From the sequence record MZ475895.1: a stretch of 64,000 nucleotides of DNA. One strand, given 5' to 3'. Made by a program: the position numbers and the translations under genes. The notes under the pieces are model-generated. The model worked only from the letters and a program-made list of their open reading frames with translations. It had not been told where the DNA came from and ran no database searches. Within the stretch, counting starts at the first letter, position 1. Each line of letters starts with the position of its first letter. This document shows positions 28,086 through 36,551 of the stretch, piece after piece.

Positions 28086-28112
28086 AGGGCTGCCATCTTG
28101 GTGGCCCTTTTT
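28086..28112 (+). terminator. intrinsic terminator
   Basis: AGGGCTGCC...GGTGGCCCT-TTTT. Confidence 0.75.
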
Positions 28113-28117
28113 GTTTT

Positions 28118-28125
28118 CTGTAAAC
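28118..28125 (+). promoter_or_regulatory. CTGTAAAC motif
   Basis: Directly after terminator, 35 nt before ATG 28161. Confidence 0.5.
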
Positions 28126-28160
28126 TACACGCACAATCCCAACAATGCGAGAACGCACAG

Positions 28161-28535
28161 ATGCCAAAGCGCCGCTTTTATTTGATGTTCTTTATCAGTC
28201 AGGCAGAACTCGACGCCAAGACTTTCTATCAACACAACATGCGCATCCTGACAACGATACGCCGCACACGCTGCATTTTCCTTGTGGTAAGAGAGACTGG
28301 TGAAGTCTATGTGCCAGGCAGCGCCGTGTATCAGTCTGCAATCGAAGAAGATCTAACGCAGATGGTCTTTGACGATCTGCACAAGGCCACCGAGTCTGTG
28401 AATGCGGTTGAGTCCTTTGCTCAAGCCATCGCAGTAAACAAAAACGATAAGACAGTTCGCTACTGCGGCCGCAATCCAGAAGTGAGTGTCGTCTTCTTTG
28501 ATCGCATGTTCACGAAAGTGGAGGTTCATCTATGA
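28161..28535 (+). CDS. hypothetical protein (124 aa)
   Basis: GAGAA RBS before ATG 28161. Confidence 0.65.
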   Translation: MPKRRFYLMFFISQAELDAKTFYQHNMRILTTIRRTRCIFLVVRETGEVYVPGSAVYQSAIEEDLTQMVFDDLHKATESVNAVESFAQAIAVNKNDKTVRYCGRNPEVSVVFFDRMFTKVEVHL

Positions 28536-28807
28536 GTTACGATCCACCAAAGCCAACTACGTCTCTTGGCGCTTCTCTTGCTTCGCGTTGTGCTCATTCC
28601 ACCAGAGAGAAAGCGAACAAGACGCGCAAGAAATACCCCGCGACAAAGACTGTGGTTGCTACACTGACAGCACCTATGCACGCTGCTGTGCAACGTCTCG
28701 CTAACAGTCGCGGCCTGTCTATTCAGAAGTGTCTGGTGCGTATGCTTGAAGCCGAGTTGGCGAAAGAGGGTATCACTTACGCTAAAGAACAGGACGAAGA
28801 CGAATGA
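28532..28807 (+). CDS. ribbon-helix-helix DNA-binding protein
   Basis: TVVATLTAPMHAAVQRLANSRGLSIQKCLVRML fits the RHH strand-helix-G.S-helix pattern. Confidence 0.6.
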   Translation: MSYDPPKPTTSLGASLASRCAHSTREKANKTRKKYPATKTVVATLTAPMHAAVQRLANSRGLSIQKCLVRMLEAELAKEGITYAKEQDEDE

Positions 28808-29439
28808 AACGTTTAGGTACAGTCATGGCGTTAGGTCTAAAAGACAAAGCGCCAAAGAACACTGACCTCGACATTACGCCCGTTTCGAAAGATGCAGAAT
28901 GGGGCTCTTTGAGTCCCTTTCACTTGGGGCCATGTCGAAGCGCAGATGGTATTATGTTCCACAACTTCGAAAATCTCTGGCAGTATAGCAAGGTCTACGA
29001 AGAACATTTGGAGAACACAAACCTCATCCTCGCTGGAGAGATAAACGCTGATTGGTATCAGTGGCATCTTAAAGGTGCAAGATCAAAACAGGCGCATCGC
29101 TATCCTATGGGAAAAGGCCAGAAGGCTTTATTCTCCAAATGGGGCGACTTGCGCCTTTCGTACATTCCCGCACGTAAACAGATTTATGTTCCAGGCTATG
29201 CCGAGCTACTTCTGCCTCAAAAGAAATTCAAACAACTCCTTAAGCAATACAAGGACGGCGCCAACATAATCGTCAGGGACTACGACACCTACGATCTGCT
29301 GAAAGCCTATCCCAATTCTAATCGCATGTGGCTTGATGCTCTCAGTAACCCAAACGCCAAGTTCGGTCACAGTTTCGTGATCGCCCTTGCTCTCATACTG
29401 CACGACAGACCTCTATGGTACAATCAATGGGTGATATAA
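28804..29439 (+). CDS. DUF6939-like, possibly NADAR-fold protein
   Basis: DITPVS...LSPF, FENLWQYSKVY, YIPARKQIYVP.Y, IIVRDYDT and FGHSFV motifs. Confidence 0.5.
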   Translation: MKRLGTVMALGLKDKAPKNTDLDITPVSKDAEWGSLSPFHLGPCRSADGIMFHNFENLWQYSKVYEEHLENTNLILAGEINADWYQWHLKGARSKQAHRYPMGKGQKALFSKWGDLRLSYIPARKQIYVPGYAELLLPQKKFKQLLKQYKDGANIIVRDYDTYDLLKAYPNSNRMWLDALSNPNAKFGHSFVIALALILHDRPLWYNQWVI

Positions 29440-29738
29440 TCTACGAATGGGTCCACGACCTTGAAGGTAACGAAAGTCAGAATCTGCCTATCTTGCCTCC
29501 AGACATTTATGCGTATGTGCGCGATGCCGTCACTGGCGCACGTACCCCAATCAACTTTGAAGGCCGCACCGAGTTACAGCGTCAAGACAAGAAAGTCATA
29601 GGCGTTGTCTATTGGTCTAATCGAGCTAATCTGATTTCATGGACGGGCGTCGAGCGCTTTCGTTTTACGCTGTATGTAGTACGTGCCGCACATAAGTCAA
29701 ATGAGCAACATGAGGAAGCTCAAGTCTGCACTAATTAG
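29427..29738 (+). CDS. hypothetical protein
   Basis: Fills gap; start uncertain. Confidence 0.55.
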   Translation: MGDIIYEWVHDLEGNESQNLPILPPDIYAYVRDAVTGARTPINFEGRTELQRQDKKVIGVVYWSNRANLISWTGVERFRFTLYVVRAAHKSNEQHEEAQVCTN

Positions 29739-29780
29739 GCTGAAATAGCTATCGCGCATAATACGCTCCTGTGCTATACT
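29738..29780 (+). promoter_or_regulatory. GGWCAAAAT-box promoter (copy 3)
   Basis: GGCTGAAAT 29738, TGTGC-TATACT 29775. Confidence 0.65.
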
Positions 29781-29825
29781 CATAGACGAAGCAACACATA
29801 ATCTATTCACGCTAAGGAGCGTATT

Positions 29826-30257
29826 ATGACTATCAACAAGTTTGACTTTCAAACACTGACTACTCCAGAACAATGGTCTTCCGCTGCTTGGGGTTTCTAT
29901 CGTGACTTCGCAGATCGTTTGCGTGATACTATCGGCCGCGATGATCTTTACTTCGACATTGAAGTTGATGGTGGCAGCGATAGCGACCAAGTTGCCGAAG
30001 AGATGGTCGATGATGGTGTGATTCATTTACTCATCTCGTACAAAAACGAAGATGAAGATTTCATTAACGCCAAAGGCGTCTGGCTGTTCCAAGTCACTTA
30101 CCCAACAGAAAGTGATATTGACGGTGAGTGGTCTAACCGCTTCGTGGTCGATGTGCAGACCGTTGATATGGAAATCTTAGAGCTGGTGGACTTTGATAAC
30201 GGCCACCCACGTTTGCTTGAAGATATTGCAGCGCGGGTTAATCACTGGTTAGTGTAA
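29826..30257 (+). CDS. acidic early protein (143 aa)
   Basis: AAGGAG RBS; about 32 D/E vs 10 K/R. Confidence 0.8.
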   Translation: MTINKFDFQTLTTPEQWSSAAWGFYRDFADRLRDTIGRDDLYFDIEVDGGSDSDQVAEEMVDDGVIHLLISYKNEDEDFINAKGVWLFQVTYPTESDIDGEWSNRFVVDVQTVDMEILELVDFDNGHPRLLEDIAARVNHWLV

Positions 30258-30322
30258 TTGCTTGCGGGTCTTTTACGAAGGGCCCGTCGTCAACAACACA
30301 AACCTGTTCTAAGGAGAACAAC

Positions 30323-30640
30323 ATGTCATCATTAGTTAAACTGCAATTCATCTTTCCAGAACTGACCTCAGTTACTGTAACTGTTTCTGATTCTGACATT
30401 CCTCGCTATCTCAATATTGCAGCGGGCGCAGAAGTAACATACGAAGGCGAGACGGCGCTGGAGCGTATTACTGACGTAAACCTGCTGCGCAATCTTCTCG
30501 TGGTTGATCGTAAAATCCTAGAGATGTTGCTTGAGCGTCACAACAGCGCAAACGTTTCTAGTGAAATCGCTCACGCTGTAGACCAGATCAAGTTTGTGCC
30601 TAATCGAGGCCTAAAGTTAATCGTCAATCGTTACCGCTGA
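30323..30640 (+). CDS. hypothetical protein, tandem paralogue A (105 aa)
   Basis: AAGGAG RBS; MSS...F.FIFPE.T...VTV...GETA shared with next gene. Confidence 0.8.
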   Translation: MSSLVKLQFIFPELTSVTVTVSDSDIPRYLNIAAGAEVTYEGETALERITDVNLLRNLLVVDRKILEMLLERHNSANVSSEIAHAVDQIKFVPNRGLKLIVNRYR

Positions 30641-30678
30641 GATTTGTGAAGGGCATTTGCGAGTGCTCTTTGAAAATC
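30633..30678 (+). repeat. intergenic repeat copy 1 (hairpin cassette)
   Basis: ACCGCTGAGATTTGTGAAGGGCATT-TGCG-AGTGCTCTTTGAAAATC. Confidence 0.85.
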
Positions 30679-30704
30679 CTAAACCCTAAGCTGAGGAGCT
30701 TAAC

Positions 30705-31022
30705 ATGTCATCATCTACTGAATTTCATTTCATCTTTCCAGAGTCAACCACTCTTATCGTTACTGTGGGTAACGGCATCGTCCCTGAGTATATGGGCATC
30801 CCTGCTAATCAAGAAACCCACCTGACGGGTGAGACTGCATTCAACTTTATGCAGAACTCTAACATCGTGGGCGTTATGAATCGTTTTGATCAGTCGCTTC
30901 TCAATCTGCTTATTGATCGCCATGAGCAGAACGAAGAAGAGGAGAGTGCGTTGCGTCAAGCACACATGCAGAAGCACACGAAGAACTTCGGCGTGTATCT
31001 GCTGATTAAACATCACCGCTAA
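30705..31022 (+). CDS. hypothetical protein, tandem paralogue B (105 aa)
   Basis: GAGGAG RBS; same length and motifs as 30323-30640. Confidence 0.8.
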   Translation: MSSSTEFHFIFPESTTLIVTVGNGIVPEYMGIPANQETHLTGETAFNFMQNSNIVGVMNRFDQSLLNLLIDRHEQNEEEESALRQAHMQKHTKNFGVYLLIKHHR

Positions 31023-31064
31023 GATTTGTGAAGGGCATTCGTTGCTGAGTGCTCTTTGAAAATC
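31015..31064 (+). repeat. intergenic repeat copy 2 (hairpin cassette)
   Basis: ACCGCTAAGATTTGTGAAGGGCATT-CGTTGCTG-AGTGCTCTTTGAAAATC. Confidence 0.85.
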
Positions 31065-31087
31065 AACCCTGTTCTGAGGAGAACAAT

Positions 31088-31498
31088 ATGAAACATGCAC
31101 AACCTGGCTCTGTATACACCCTGCGTGAAATGTTGACTGAACTGAGTCTGCGCGACACGCCGAATCTTGGCTTCACTCCTGTTTCTGTGCGCTATCCAGA
31201 AACGAAGGAGATTCGCCAGCAGACGGTTCAGGATTCGCATCTGACCGAAGAAGAAATGCTCGCTCTTCCTGGCTGGGCAGAAACGAAGTGGCGCTACATT
31301 CGTGAAACCCATGAGTGGATCCCTGTGTTCGTCGCTGTTGACAATGCAGAGATTGAAGCGCTGTGTGTTATCGAACCCTACACGGACCGCTACTTCCGTA
31401 ATGAGGGTATCATGCACGTTTACCCACGCGGCGTTGAGCGTGCGCAGCATAAAGCGTATGACCCAGAAACGCACGGCACACTGGTTAAAGTGGCCTAA
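31088..31498 (+). CDS. hypothetical protein (136 aa)
   Basis: GAGGAG RBS before ATG 31088. Confidence 0.8.
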   Translation: MKHAQPGSVYTLREMLTELSLRDTPNLGFTPVSVRYPETKEIRQQTVQDSHLTEEEMLALPGWAETKWRYIRETHEWIPVFVAVDNAEIEALCVIEPYTDRYFRNEGIMHVYPRGVERAQHKAYDPETHGTLVKVA

Positions 31499-31512
31499 GC
31501 ACAAACTACCTC

Positions 31513-31534
31513 AAGCGGCTTACGGGCCGCTTTT
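31513..31534 (+). terminator. intrinsic terminator (UACG loop)
   Basis: AAGCGGC-TTACGG-GCCGCTTTT. Confidence 0.8.
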
Positions 31535-31555
31535 CTTAAACATCAGGAGTCTATC

Positions 31556-32077
31556 ATGAAAACCACCGACGTAGTTCATATCGCTCATCACCTCATGACC
31601 CATCTCGCATCAGCTCGTCTCATCAGTGCATTGACTTTCATCGGTCAGGACGCTGTGCGTTTCAAAGTTGGTTCGCAGACGTTTGACGTTCGTGGTCGTC
31701 ACCCAAGCTTCATCGTTCATCAAGTTGAAGGTGGCTGCTTATGTGCAGACGCAGACTCTGCCGAGATCGAAGCGCAGTTGAACGGTGACCCAATATCTAG
31801 TATGCGTGATCAACTGCCTCATCCTGAGAACGTGCAATCTGCCATCATCGATCACGTCAACTCCATGCCAGACAAAGACGTGCAGAACTTTAGCGAGCAT
31901 CAGGGTGGCCCAGACATGGACACGATGTTTGAGCAGCGTCTGTGGTTGAAGAACTGGTTGATTAGTCGTTCAATCGTACTCGCCGACATGCTCGACATTG
32001 TTGCGTTTCTTGAAGGCACTGAGCGCCGTAACTCACTGGCTATGGCAATTGAACTCAACAAAGGGAAACGCGCATGA
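31556..32077 (+). CDS. hypothetical protein (173 aa)
   Basis: AGGAG RBS. Confidence 0.8.
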   Translation: MKTTDVVHIAHHLMTHLASARLISALTFIGQDAVRFKVGSQTFDVRGRHPSFIVHQVEGGCLCADADSAEIEAQLNGDPISSMRDQLPHPENVQSAIIDHVNSMPDKDVQNFSEHQGGPDMDTMFEQRLWLKNWLISRSIVLADMLDIVAFLEGTERRNSLAMAIELNKGKRA

Positions 32078-32574
32078 ACTTTGTACGCAGACTTAAAGCA
32101 ATCGACCAGTTGCCGTTAATCACTGGTCAGTATTACAATGCGCAAGCCATGGCAGAACAATCAGCATTCGGCTCGTGTGCGTTTCATATAACTGATCGTG
32201 TGGAGCTTGACGGCATCTCGATGTATATTCGTTTCCGCGCCAATCAGCAACGTCTGTGGATGCATCCTGTTTTGATACTCGCATCAATCGACATTGAACA
32301 TCAGGGCTGCGGTATCTTCACTGAACTTCTCGCAGAAGCCCAACGCGTATGTCGTGAGAACAAGTGGGTGCTGCAAATTGAGAACGTGCTTGAGCAACGC
32401 TTCCGCCGTTTCCTGTTTGATCGTTCATTCGAAACTATCGGCGTTGATAAAGATTGTGCGCACGGTAGCATGTTCTGGTTCTTTGATGAGAAGATCAAAG
32501 AGAGCGCAACGCAGTTCCAAGCGATGGAAGAAAACATCCGAGAACGCGCCGCAGCACAGAAGGCAACAACATGA
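32074..32574 (+). CDS. GNAT-family acetyltransferase-like protein
   Basis: LASIDIEHQGCGIFTELL (acetyl-CoA loop Q..G.G-like), LQIENV, FLFDRSF. Confidence 0.6.
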   Translation: MNFVRRLKAIDQLPLITGQYYNAQAMAEQSAFGSCAFHITDRVELDGISMYIRFRANQQRLWMHPVLILASIDIEHQGCGIFTELLAEAQRVCRENKWVLQIENVLEQRFRRFLFDRSFETIGVDKDCAHGSMFWFFDEKIKESATQFQAMEENIRERAAAQKATT

Positions 32575-33038
32575 ACATTCCATGGTACATGATGTTTGCC
32601 ATTGGCTGTGTGCCTCTTTTCTTCTGCTATGTGACTATGCCGTGGTTTCGCGCTGCTGTCAAAAGACGGTTGCTGTTTAAACCTCGTGACTACGATTCGG
32701 TGCAGGAGATCTTAGACACAGGCATACCACCTGAGATCTCTATCGAATGCTTGCAGGCTAGCTATCGCAGCAACATGCCTGCCAAGTACGCGCAGCACAT
32801 CGACTTCTATCCGCACAAGGAAGGCATCGTGTGTTGTCGCATGAAGTACGACGAGCAATTCCCAATCGCTCGCATATTTAATGGTGTACTCGTCGCAAAC
32901 ATCGGACTGCTTGCTCTGCCTAGCAAGAAGATGCCGCGCATCACCATTAACTATTCCACTTATCAAGTCACGGACTTTGATAGTGATAATGAGTACCTGC
33001 ACATTTATCTTCAACATAAGGAAGGCAAGCATGAATAA
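32571..33038 (+). CDS. hypothetical protein with N-terminal hydrophobic anchor (155 aa)
   Basis: Coupled ORF, hydrophobic first 25 aa. Confidence 0.7.
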   Translation: MNIPWYMMFAIGCVPLFFCYVTMPWFRAAVKRRLLFKPRDYDSVQEILDTGIPPEISIECLQASYRSNMPAKYAQHIDFYPHKEGIVCCRMKYDEQFPIARIFNGVLVANIGLLALPSKKMPRITINYSTYQVTDFDSDNEYLHIYLQHKEGKHE

Positions 33039-34083
33039 CGAATCTGCAATGATCGACGAAGACGTTCTCGAATGGCTCGAAGACCTGACCCGTCATAAGT
33101 TGCTGGACGTGATTGGCTTAATCAACAATCTGATTTTCGTCCATCGTCCTGTTCTCGATCTGCCGACGCTCGGTACAGACGAAGATGTAGCTGCACTGTC
33201 GCACGCTGACCTGACAACGTTGTTCCGTCTGGTTGCACCTGAATGCTCTGTTGATACAAACACGCTGAGCAATCTACAACTGCTTGGGCTTATGCTCAAT
33301 CAGAAAGGCGTTGTTGTGTTCTCGCTGCCAAACAACAACAGCCCTATTCTAACTGCCCGTACGTTCAACGTGCCTAATAAGCCGCAGCGCTTGAACCCAG
33401 CCTCTTCTAAGGGTGAGATTGCTACTGCTGTTAGCGCGTGGCTGTTCGGACTGTTCCCGCTTGAGCTGCGTTCTGATCAAAACGACATGCCGCGGGAGAA
33501 CGGCCTGTACCTTGCCAAAGACGAGCATGAGCAGATTCGTTTCGGGCGTTTGTTCCGTAACGGCGCAGAAGGTGATGGCTGGACTTTCTGCGAAAGCTAT
33601 TCTGATGCTACAGCTACTTACTGGCATCACAGCGATTCACCTGTGGACGACGAACTGCCTATGAGTTTGCTGCATAGCTGGCTGCAAGTCTCCGCAACAA
33701 CTTCACCAAACGAAGTGCATAACGAAAACGTCAGTGTGCTGGTAACTGACTCGCAGCGCATCTTTGCTTTCCTGCGTAGCCTGAGTCAACACGTTAAAGC
33801 TGAGCTGGTGGCCAACTTTGATGGTGTGCTTAATTCAACACATACCAGTGTTGAATCCATCGGGCGTCTGACGCGTGCTGACTGGACAGCCGCTGCCGTA
33901 GCAGTAGCAGATGATAAAGACATGAAGGACGGACTTGGCTCATGGGAAGAGCACAGCGCGTGGGATTGTTTCGTGGCTACGCTACAAAGTCTACGCTTCA
34001 ATTTTGATACACGGGAATTCGACCCGATGTATGACTATGGGAAACACGACAATGAGACCGATATTGATCGAGGAGACGAATAA
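33031..34083 (+). CDS. hypothetical protein (350 aa)
   Basis: Start reassigned to ATG 33031 after AGGAAGG. Confidence 0.8.
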   Translation: MNNESAMIDEDVLEWLEDLTRHKLLDVIGLINNLIFVHRPVLDLPTLGTDEDVAALSHADLTTLFRLVAPECSVDTNTLSNLQLLGLMLNQKGVVVFSLPNNNSPILTARTFNVPNKPQRLNPASSKGEIATAVSAWLFGLFPLELRSDQNDMPRENGLYLAKDEHEQIRFGRLFRNGAEGDGWTFCESYSDATATYWHHSDSPVDDELPMSLLHSWLQVSATTSPNEVHNENVSVLVTDSQRIFAFLRSLSQHVKAELVANFDGVLNSTHTSVESIGRLTRADWTAAAVAVADDKDMKDGLGSWEEHSAWDCFVATLQSLRFNFDTREFDPMYDYGKHDNETDIDRGDE

Positions 34084-34090
34084 ACTAAGG

Positions 34091-34270
34091 ATGGCCTACG
34101 CACTGACTGCAATATTTCTATCTTGGCTTGAGCTGAGCATTGCAGTTCGGTATCTCGACTATACACAGATTTTTGATGCGCTGATCATTCTGGTTAGCGG
34201 TGTGAATCTGGTGATTGCTTTTATCTCGTCACTTGATGAGGTAGACCATATCTTTTCGTGGGAAGATTAA
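34091..34270 (+). CDS. small 2-TM membrane protein (59 aa)
   Basis: Hydrophobic helices. Confidence 0.55.
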   Translation: MAYALTAIFLSWLELSIAVRYLDYTQIFDALIILVSGVNLVIAFISSLDEVDHIFSWED

Positions 34271-34271
34271 A

Positions 34272-34478
34272 ATGAAAGACATTGTGCTACACACAGCCCT
34301 TTTATTGACCATGATCGTTGTTAGCTTTTTGACTCTCCACTACATTCGCTTCCTGAGTCTGGGCTACTATATGCTGATCACTATGACAGCATTCGTACTG
34401 GCAGTCTATGCGTGCAAACGTCTCGCATCTGTCGTATCTAAAAATCGTTTTAACAAAGTGAGAATCAATCGTGGCTAA
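34272..34478 (+). CDS. small 2-TM membrane protein (68 aa)
   Basis: Two hydrophobic segments, basic C-terminus. Confidence 0.6.
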   Translation: MKDIVLHTALLLTMIVVSFLTLHYIRFLSLGYYMLITMTAFVLAVYACKRLASVVSKNRFNKVRINRG

Positions 34479-35016
34479 ATCTTTCGGTGTGTACCTGACG
34501 TTCATTCTGCGCCATCGCCCGCAAGACATTGGCCTTGCAATGGACACTCAGGGTTGGGTATCAGTTCCTGACTTGCTCGAACGTGCTCAATATAAGAAGC
34601 AGCCAATCACGTTAGAGATGTTGCGTGAAGAAGTTGCTACTGACGGTAAAGGCCGCTTCCAGTTCAACGCTGCCCACTCTCGCATTCGTTGTGTGCAGGG
34701 ACATTCAGTTGAGCATGTGATTCTTAACCTCAAGCCGTACACGAATCACAATGACCCGCTGTATCACGGAACGGCCAGCAAGAACGTTGCGTCTATTCTT
34801 GCGCAGGGAATTCTTCGCGGTAAACGTAAACACGTCCACATCGCAACCAACACCGCTACTGCTAAGCAAGTTGGTCAGCGTCACGGTGAACCTGTTGTAT
34901 TTGAGATCGACACGTATGCCATGATTACTCACGGCTACAAGTTCGAACAAGCCGAGAACGGTGTGATTCTTATCGAGCACGTCCCATCCCGATATCTAAG
35001 GTTGGTAGAGTTATGA
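34471..35016 (+). CDS. kptA: RNA 2'-phosphotransferase (Tpt1/KptA)
   Basis: LTFILRH.P..IGL.MD.QGWV, DGKGRF, RIRCVQGHS, LYHGT, RKHVH, VGQRHGEPVVFEID, NGV.L...VP..YL. Confidence 0.93.
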   Translation: MAKSFGVYLTFILRHRPQDIGLAMDTQGWVSVPDLLERAQYKKQPITLEMLREEVATDGKGRFQFNAAHSRIRCVQGHSVEHVILNLKPYTNHNDPLYHGTASKNVASILAQGILRGKRKHVHIATNTATAKQVGQRHGEPVVFEIDTYAMITHGYKFEQAENGVILIEHVPSRYLRLVEL

Positions 35017-35420
35017 CTGAACAACGAATGAGTTATTGCGGTTCACGTTACATCCGTACATCTTCCGGCAGGTGGTATTTGCTTTTCGAACGAGCGGCCT
35101 GCTTGTGCATCAATCGTCATGGTACCCAGTACTGGCGAGCAGGTACGCAAGTGTGGAAAGATGTGTCCATCTCAACTCGCGCCACTTTGGAAAACGAGTT
35201 TATCAGTCGTACCTGCAAAGATTTCAGGGAGTCGAAGTCTGCGTACAACAGATGGGGCAAGGTGATTCGTACACTCATTCTAGGTGCAGGTACTAACGAG
35301 CATCTCCACGATTTAGCGTCTATTCTTGAGTCACTGAGACAGACGCATATAGGGCGCAAGCAACAGCAACTGCGCACTACATTGGATGAAATAGCTATTC
35401 AGTCAAGAACCACCCTATGA
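35013..35420 (+). CDS. hypothetical protein (135 aa)
   Basis: ATGA overlap. Confidence 0.7.
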   Translation: MTEQRMSYCGSRYIRTSSGRWYLLFERAACLCINRHGTQYWRAGTQVWKDVSISTRATLENEFISRTCKDFRESKSAYNRWGKVIRTLILGAGTNEHLHDLASILESLRQTHIGRKQQQLRTTLDEIAIQSRTTL

Positions 35421-35426
35421 TATAAT
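35384..35426 (+). promoter_or_regulatory. GGWCAAAAT-box promoter (copy 4)
   Basis: GGATGAAAT 35384, TATGA-TATAAT 35421. Confidence 0.65.
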
Positions 35427-35477
35427 AGCAGCGAACGCTAAACAGTCTCGTTTAGCTACTTACATGAGGATATGTAC

Positions 35478-35579
35478 ATGAATACCAACTACTGCCCGTT
35501 TCGCGCTGTGATGTACCACGCTTCAATCATCCTTCTCGCCATTTGCTCTGGCGTTGTTTTAGCCCATGCACATTTCTGA
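35478..35579 (+). CDS. 33-aa hydrophobic peptide (not in ORF track)
   Basis: GAGGA RBS; MNTNYCPFRAVMYHASIILLAICSGVVLAHAHF*. Confidence 0.6.
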   Translation: MNTNYCPFRAVMYHASIILLAICSGVVLAHAHF

Positions 35580-35590
35580 GGAGAAAGATT

Positions 35591-35827
35591 ATGTCAGACC
35601 CAAAACCAAAACCAGAAGTAACAAAAGCTGATCTCCAACATCTGCTGCACGTAGCAGGTGCGTATGAAGGCAACGACCGCCATCGCTGGTACGCAATGTT
35701 CGTCGTGCTCAAACTGAAACGTCAGATGGACGGTCAGAGCCTGCCGCGCTCTTGTGCCAACATTACGCATGAGAGCCAAGACTACGAGATCGAAGAGGCT
35801 TGCTACAAGCTGGGGTATTTATCATGA
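35591..35827 (+). CDS. hypothetical protein (78 aa)
   Basis: GAGGAG RBS before ATG 35591. Confidence 0.75.
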   Translation: MSDPKPKPEVTKADLQHLLHVAGAYEGNDRHRWYAMFVVLKLKRQMDGQSLPRSCANITHESQDYEIEEACYKLGYLS

Positions 35828-36189
35828 AAGAGCGCCGTAACTATTACTGGGATAGCCCGTTCTATTACGGGCTGATACTCTGGCGTAAGCGTATGCGCAA
35901 TGTCGTGCTGTTTCTGATTGCTATCTTAATCTATCATGGCACGCACGCACCTGCCGTTGAGAACATGTGGATGTGGACAGGCACTATCTTCGGCATTCTC
36001 TTTCTCGTCTGCTATATCAAGATGTGGGAATACGAGCGCATGATTCTCGAAGCTATGGGGCCGCTGAATAATAACTGCGTTATCGGTGCTCTTAACTTTG
36101 AGAGTCTTGAGCGCCGCCATGCTGTTTGGTATCGGAAGAAATTTAAATCCGAACCACCTAAGACTAACACGTATTCGAGGGAAAACTAA
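35824..36189 (+). CDS. membrane protein, 2 TM (121 aa)
   Basis: Hydrophobic segments; ATGA overlap. Confidence 0.7.
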   Translation: MKERRNYYWDSPFYYGLILWRKRMRNVVLFLIAILIYHGTHAPAVENMWMWTGTIFGILFLVCYIKMWEYERMILEAMGPLNNNCVIGALNFESLERRHAVWYRKKFKSEPPKTNTYSREN

Positions 36190-36551
36190 TGCCACGTATG
36201 TTCACACAAACTCATCGCAACAAATATAAACTGACCGAAGCTGATGCAGACTATCACGGTGATGCCTGCGAAGCTGTCTACCTTGAAGGTATGGAGTTAC
36301 TCAAAGAGCTTCACTATCTGAAAGGGCTTCTGCATGATCGTCACATTGCAGAAAAGCCGATGCCCATTCCTCCTGAGTCTAAGCGTTGGTCAAAGTGGAT
36401 GGCTTGCACGAAAATGTCACAGCTTGATGTGCGCTCCACTGACCGTCTGCGCAAGCGCTATCGTCGTGTCATGGAAGAACTCAAGATTGCCCGCGTGTCT
36501 TATACGTTGCTGCACACGGCACGACATGCACCGGCGGTCGAGGTTAAGTAA
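36189..36551 (+). CDS. hypothetical protein (120 aa)
   Basis: TAATG coupling. Confidence 0.7.
   Translation: MPRMFTQTHRNKYKLTEADADYHGDACEAVYLEGMELLKELHYLKGLLHDRHIAEKPMPIPPESKRWSKWMACTKMSQLDVRSTDRLRKRYRRVMEELKIARVSYTLLHTARHAPAVEVK

Noticed and set aside
29432-29440. TGATATAAT extended -10 at the end of the DUF6939-like gene
   Set aside because: No GGACAAAAT box 37-38 nt upstream and no clear -35; may be chance.
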